37,270 bases of DNA, from the IMG/VR virus record IMGVR_UViG_3300001865_000265. The stretch is one strand, 5' to 3'. The translations under genes and the position numbers were made by a program. Below the pieces are notes generated by a model that was not told where the DNA came from, made no database searches, and was given only the letters and a program-made list of their open reading frames with translations. Source of the stretch: a virus. Shown here piece by piece: positions 35,797-37,270 of this stretch. Positions within the stretch are counted from its first letter, which is position 1; every line of letters starts with the position of its first letter.

Positions 35797-36274
35797 AATG
35801 CCCAGAATGGTTATAATGAACTCAGACCTTATCAAAGATAAGGTTACAGACCTTTCTTTTTTACAAGAAATAGGCAAATACCTTGACTTTTGGGGAATTT
35901 CATATAAAGCATATAGCTACGAGGCCACACCACACGCTTCACTTATGAATCATGTAAAACTAACTGATGACGTTGTATTTATGCATAACAGTTTAATGTG
36001 CCCTGGTACAATCGTAGATGTGTGTAAATCATGGTTTCAAAACGTAAAAGCAAAAAGAAAATATTTATGGAACTATTACACCCCAACAGAAGACTATGCA
36101 TTTACGCAAGACTACATAAAACGTTCAAAAGATGACAACTTTAGCCCTGCATCATTCAAAGGCCTATCTCAGCCTGTACGATACCAGGTTCAAAACGGAG
36201 CATTTCACGTAAACAGTACCATTGATGCCAGGAAAGTAGCTCGAAGGTTAGCCATGTTGGCCTATGAAAAGTGA
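35783..36274 (+). CDS. Uncharacterised protein coupled to the endolysin
   Basis: Coupled to pei; motifs MCPGT and RSKDDNFSPASFKGL; start may be the ATG at 35798. Confidence 0.75.
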   Translation: MGEPKMPRMVIMNSDLIKDKVTDLSFLQEIGKYLDFWGISYKAYSYEATPHASLMNHVKLTDDVVFMHNSLMCPGTIVDVCKSWFQNVKAKRKYLWNYYTPTEDYAFTQDYIKRSKDDNFSPASFKGLSQPVRYQVQNGAFHVNSTIDARKVARRLAMLAYEK

Positions 36275-36350
36275 GGGATATGGGATATCTTATGTGAGGT
36301 CCTACTATTTTTTTTCAAAAAATATTTAATCATGATTAATCAAACTAGAA

Positions 36351-36488
36351 ATGATGTATCAACGTAACAAAGTAGAAAAAATATGTATTGAATGTGAAGA
36401 ACCATTTGAGGCAAAAATAGCTACTCAAATCTACTGTTCAATGAAATGTTCAAGAAAACATCATTATCATAAAAATAAGAAAAATTAG
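36351..36488 (+). CDS. Zn-finger microprotein, 45 aa
   Basis: Hand-translated KICIECEEPFEAKIATQIYCSMKCSRKH. Confidence 0.65.
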   Translation: MMYQRNKVEKICIECEEPFEAKIATQIYCSMKCSRKHHYHKNKKN

Positions 36489-36823
36489 TGATTATCTTCC
36501 CAAAAATCTAAAATCTTAGACAGGGCCATATTTGCTGTTTTGTCGATCTTATTAAGTCTAATTTTGTTTTCATCAGTTACTTTAATAGATTTAAGTTCAT
36601 CCTTCTTAGTTCGATAGATCCTGAGAACCTGTTCAATAGTTTTCAGAATATTGGCAATCTCATGAGCTTCATCAATTGTTGCACTAGCTAACTGTTTTTC
36701 TAAGAGTTCCTGTTGATATTCTATTTGGTCTAAGCTACGTTCAGAAGGTCGTTTTTTATTTAAAATTTCATCAAGGATTATATTTAAATCATCCTGTGCA
36801 TTTTGAATAATCATTCTTTGCAC
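36485..36823 (-). CDS. Hypothetical helical protein
   Basis: ORF track; reverse-strand operon. Confidence 0.65.
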   Translation of the reverse strand: MQRMIIQNAQDDLNIILDEILNKKRPSERSLDQIEYQQELLEKQLASATIDEAHEIANILKTIEQVLRIYRTKKDELKSIKVTDENKIRLNKIDKTANMALSKILDFWEDNH

Positions 36824-37026
36824 CTGTCAAAAAATTCAATTAAATTAACATCTTTAAATTCTTTCATTAAATTCGTTGCGTTAATATTACTTGTTAAATT
36901 GAATAGATATTCTCCCCTTTCTTCTAAAGGTTCTACATCTAGTTCAAACAATTCTATGTGATTATTTATTGCTTTAACTTGACTTTTATTTAAAAACGTT
37001 GTTTTTCTTAATTGTTTTGTTGACAT
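36811..37026 (-). CDS. Hypothetical protein (71 aa)
   Basis: GGTGA RBS; reverse-strand operon. Confidence 0.65.
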   Translation of the reverse strand: MSTKQLRKTTFLNKSQVKAINNHIELFELDVEPLEERGEYLFNLTSNINATNLMKEFKDVNLIEFFDRCKE

Positions 37027-37030
37027 TTTC

Positions 37031-37270
37031 TCACCTTTGTAATTTTGATTCTAAATCTGCAATCAATTCTATAATTTCCTCATTTTCCTCATAGAACGCA
37101 TCATATTGTTTGTTTGTCATTAAAGTGTAGTCCTCGTTGAAAAAGGTTAAGTCTGTGTATAAATATTTTTTATTTTCTACTTCTTGAAATGAATGAGATT
37201 TGATTATGCCCTCCTCAACAATTATTTCCACATTTTCCTTTTCAATGCTAAACATTATTTTTCCTATCAT
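37031..37270 (-). CDS. Hypothetical acidic protein (79 aa)
   Basis: ORF starts at the window end. Confidence 0.6.
   Translation of the reverse strand: MIGKIMFSIEKENVEIIVEEGIIKSHSFQEVENKKYLYTDLTFFNEDYTLMTNKQYDAFYEENEEIIELIADLESKLQR

Larger units (their letters stand above)
1..37270 (+). mobile_element. Temperate archaeal tailed virus/provirus (Caudoviricetes, myovirus-type) of a pseudomurein-containing methanogen
   Basis: Integrase plus replication, packaging, head, sheath/tube/baseplate and pseudomurein endoisopeptidase modules in canonical order; boundaries (att) not visible. Confidence 0.92.

Noticed and set aside
1-37270. attL/attR or terminal repeats
   Set aside because: Window starts and ends exactly at start codons; no terminal repeat recognised

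Overview
AT-rich, apparently near-complete genome (provirus or viral contig) of a temperate head-tail archaeal virus with a contractile tail. The host is most likely a pseudomurein-walled methanogen (Methanobacteriales, Methanobacterium-like), judged from a PeiW/PeiP-type endolysin, GGAGGTGA ribosome-binding sites, TATA-type promoters and a TFB-like gene. Order: tyrosine integrase (1-1131); control region with a divergent RHH-like gene; about 1 kb of densely base-paired non-coding DNA with three degenerate tRNA-like modules (2170-3185) plus a fourth minimal one at 4395-4440; early micro-ORFs; ERF recombinase and SF3-like helicase followed by an iteron array; a multi-ubiquitin-like gene and Zn-ribbon microproteins; truncated TFB; holin-like genes; terminase, portal, head, sheath/tube, tape measure, baseplate and fibre genes; lysis genes; small reverse-strand ORFs. 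Best novelty candidates: the tRNA-punctuated ncRNA array, the viral multi-ubiquitin domain, the single-repeat TFB and several unexplained repeat systems. All protein calls come from motif recognition by eye with no database search, and no att sites are visible in the window.
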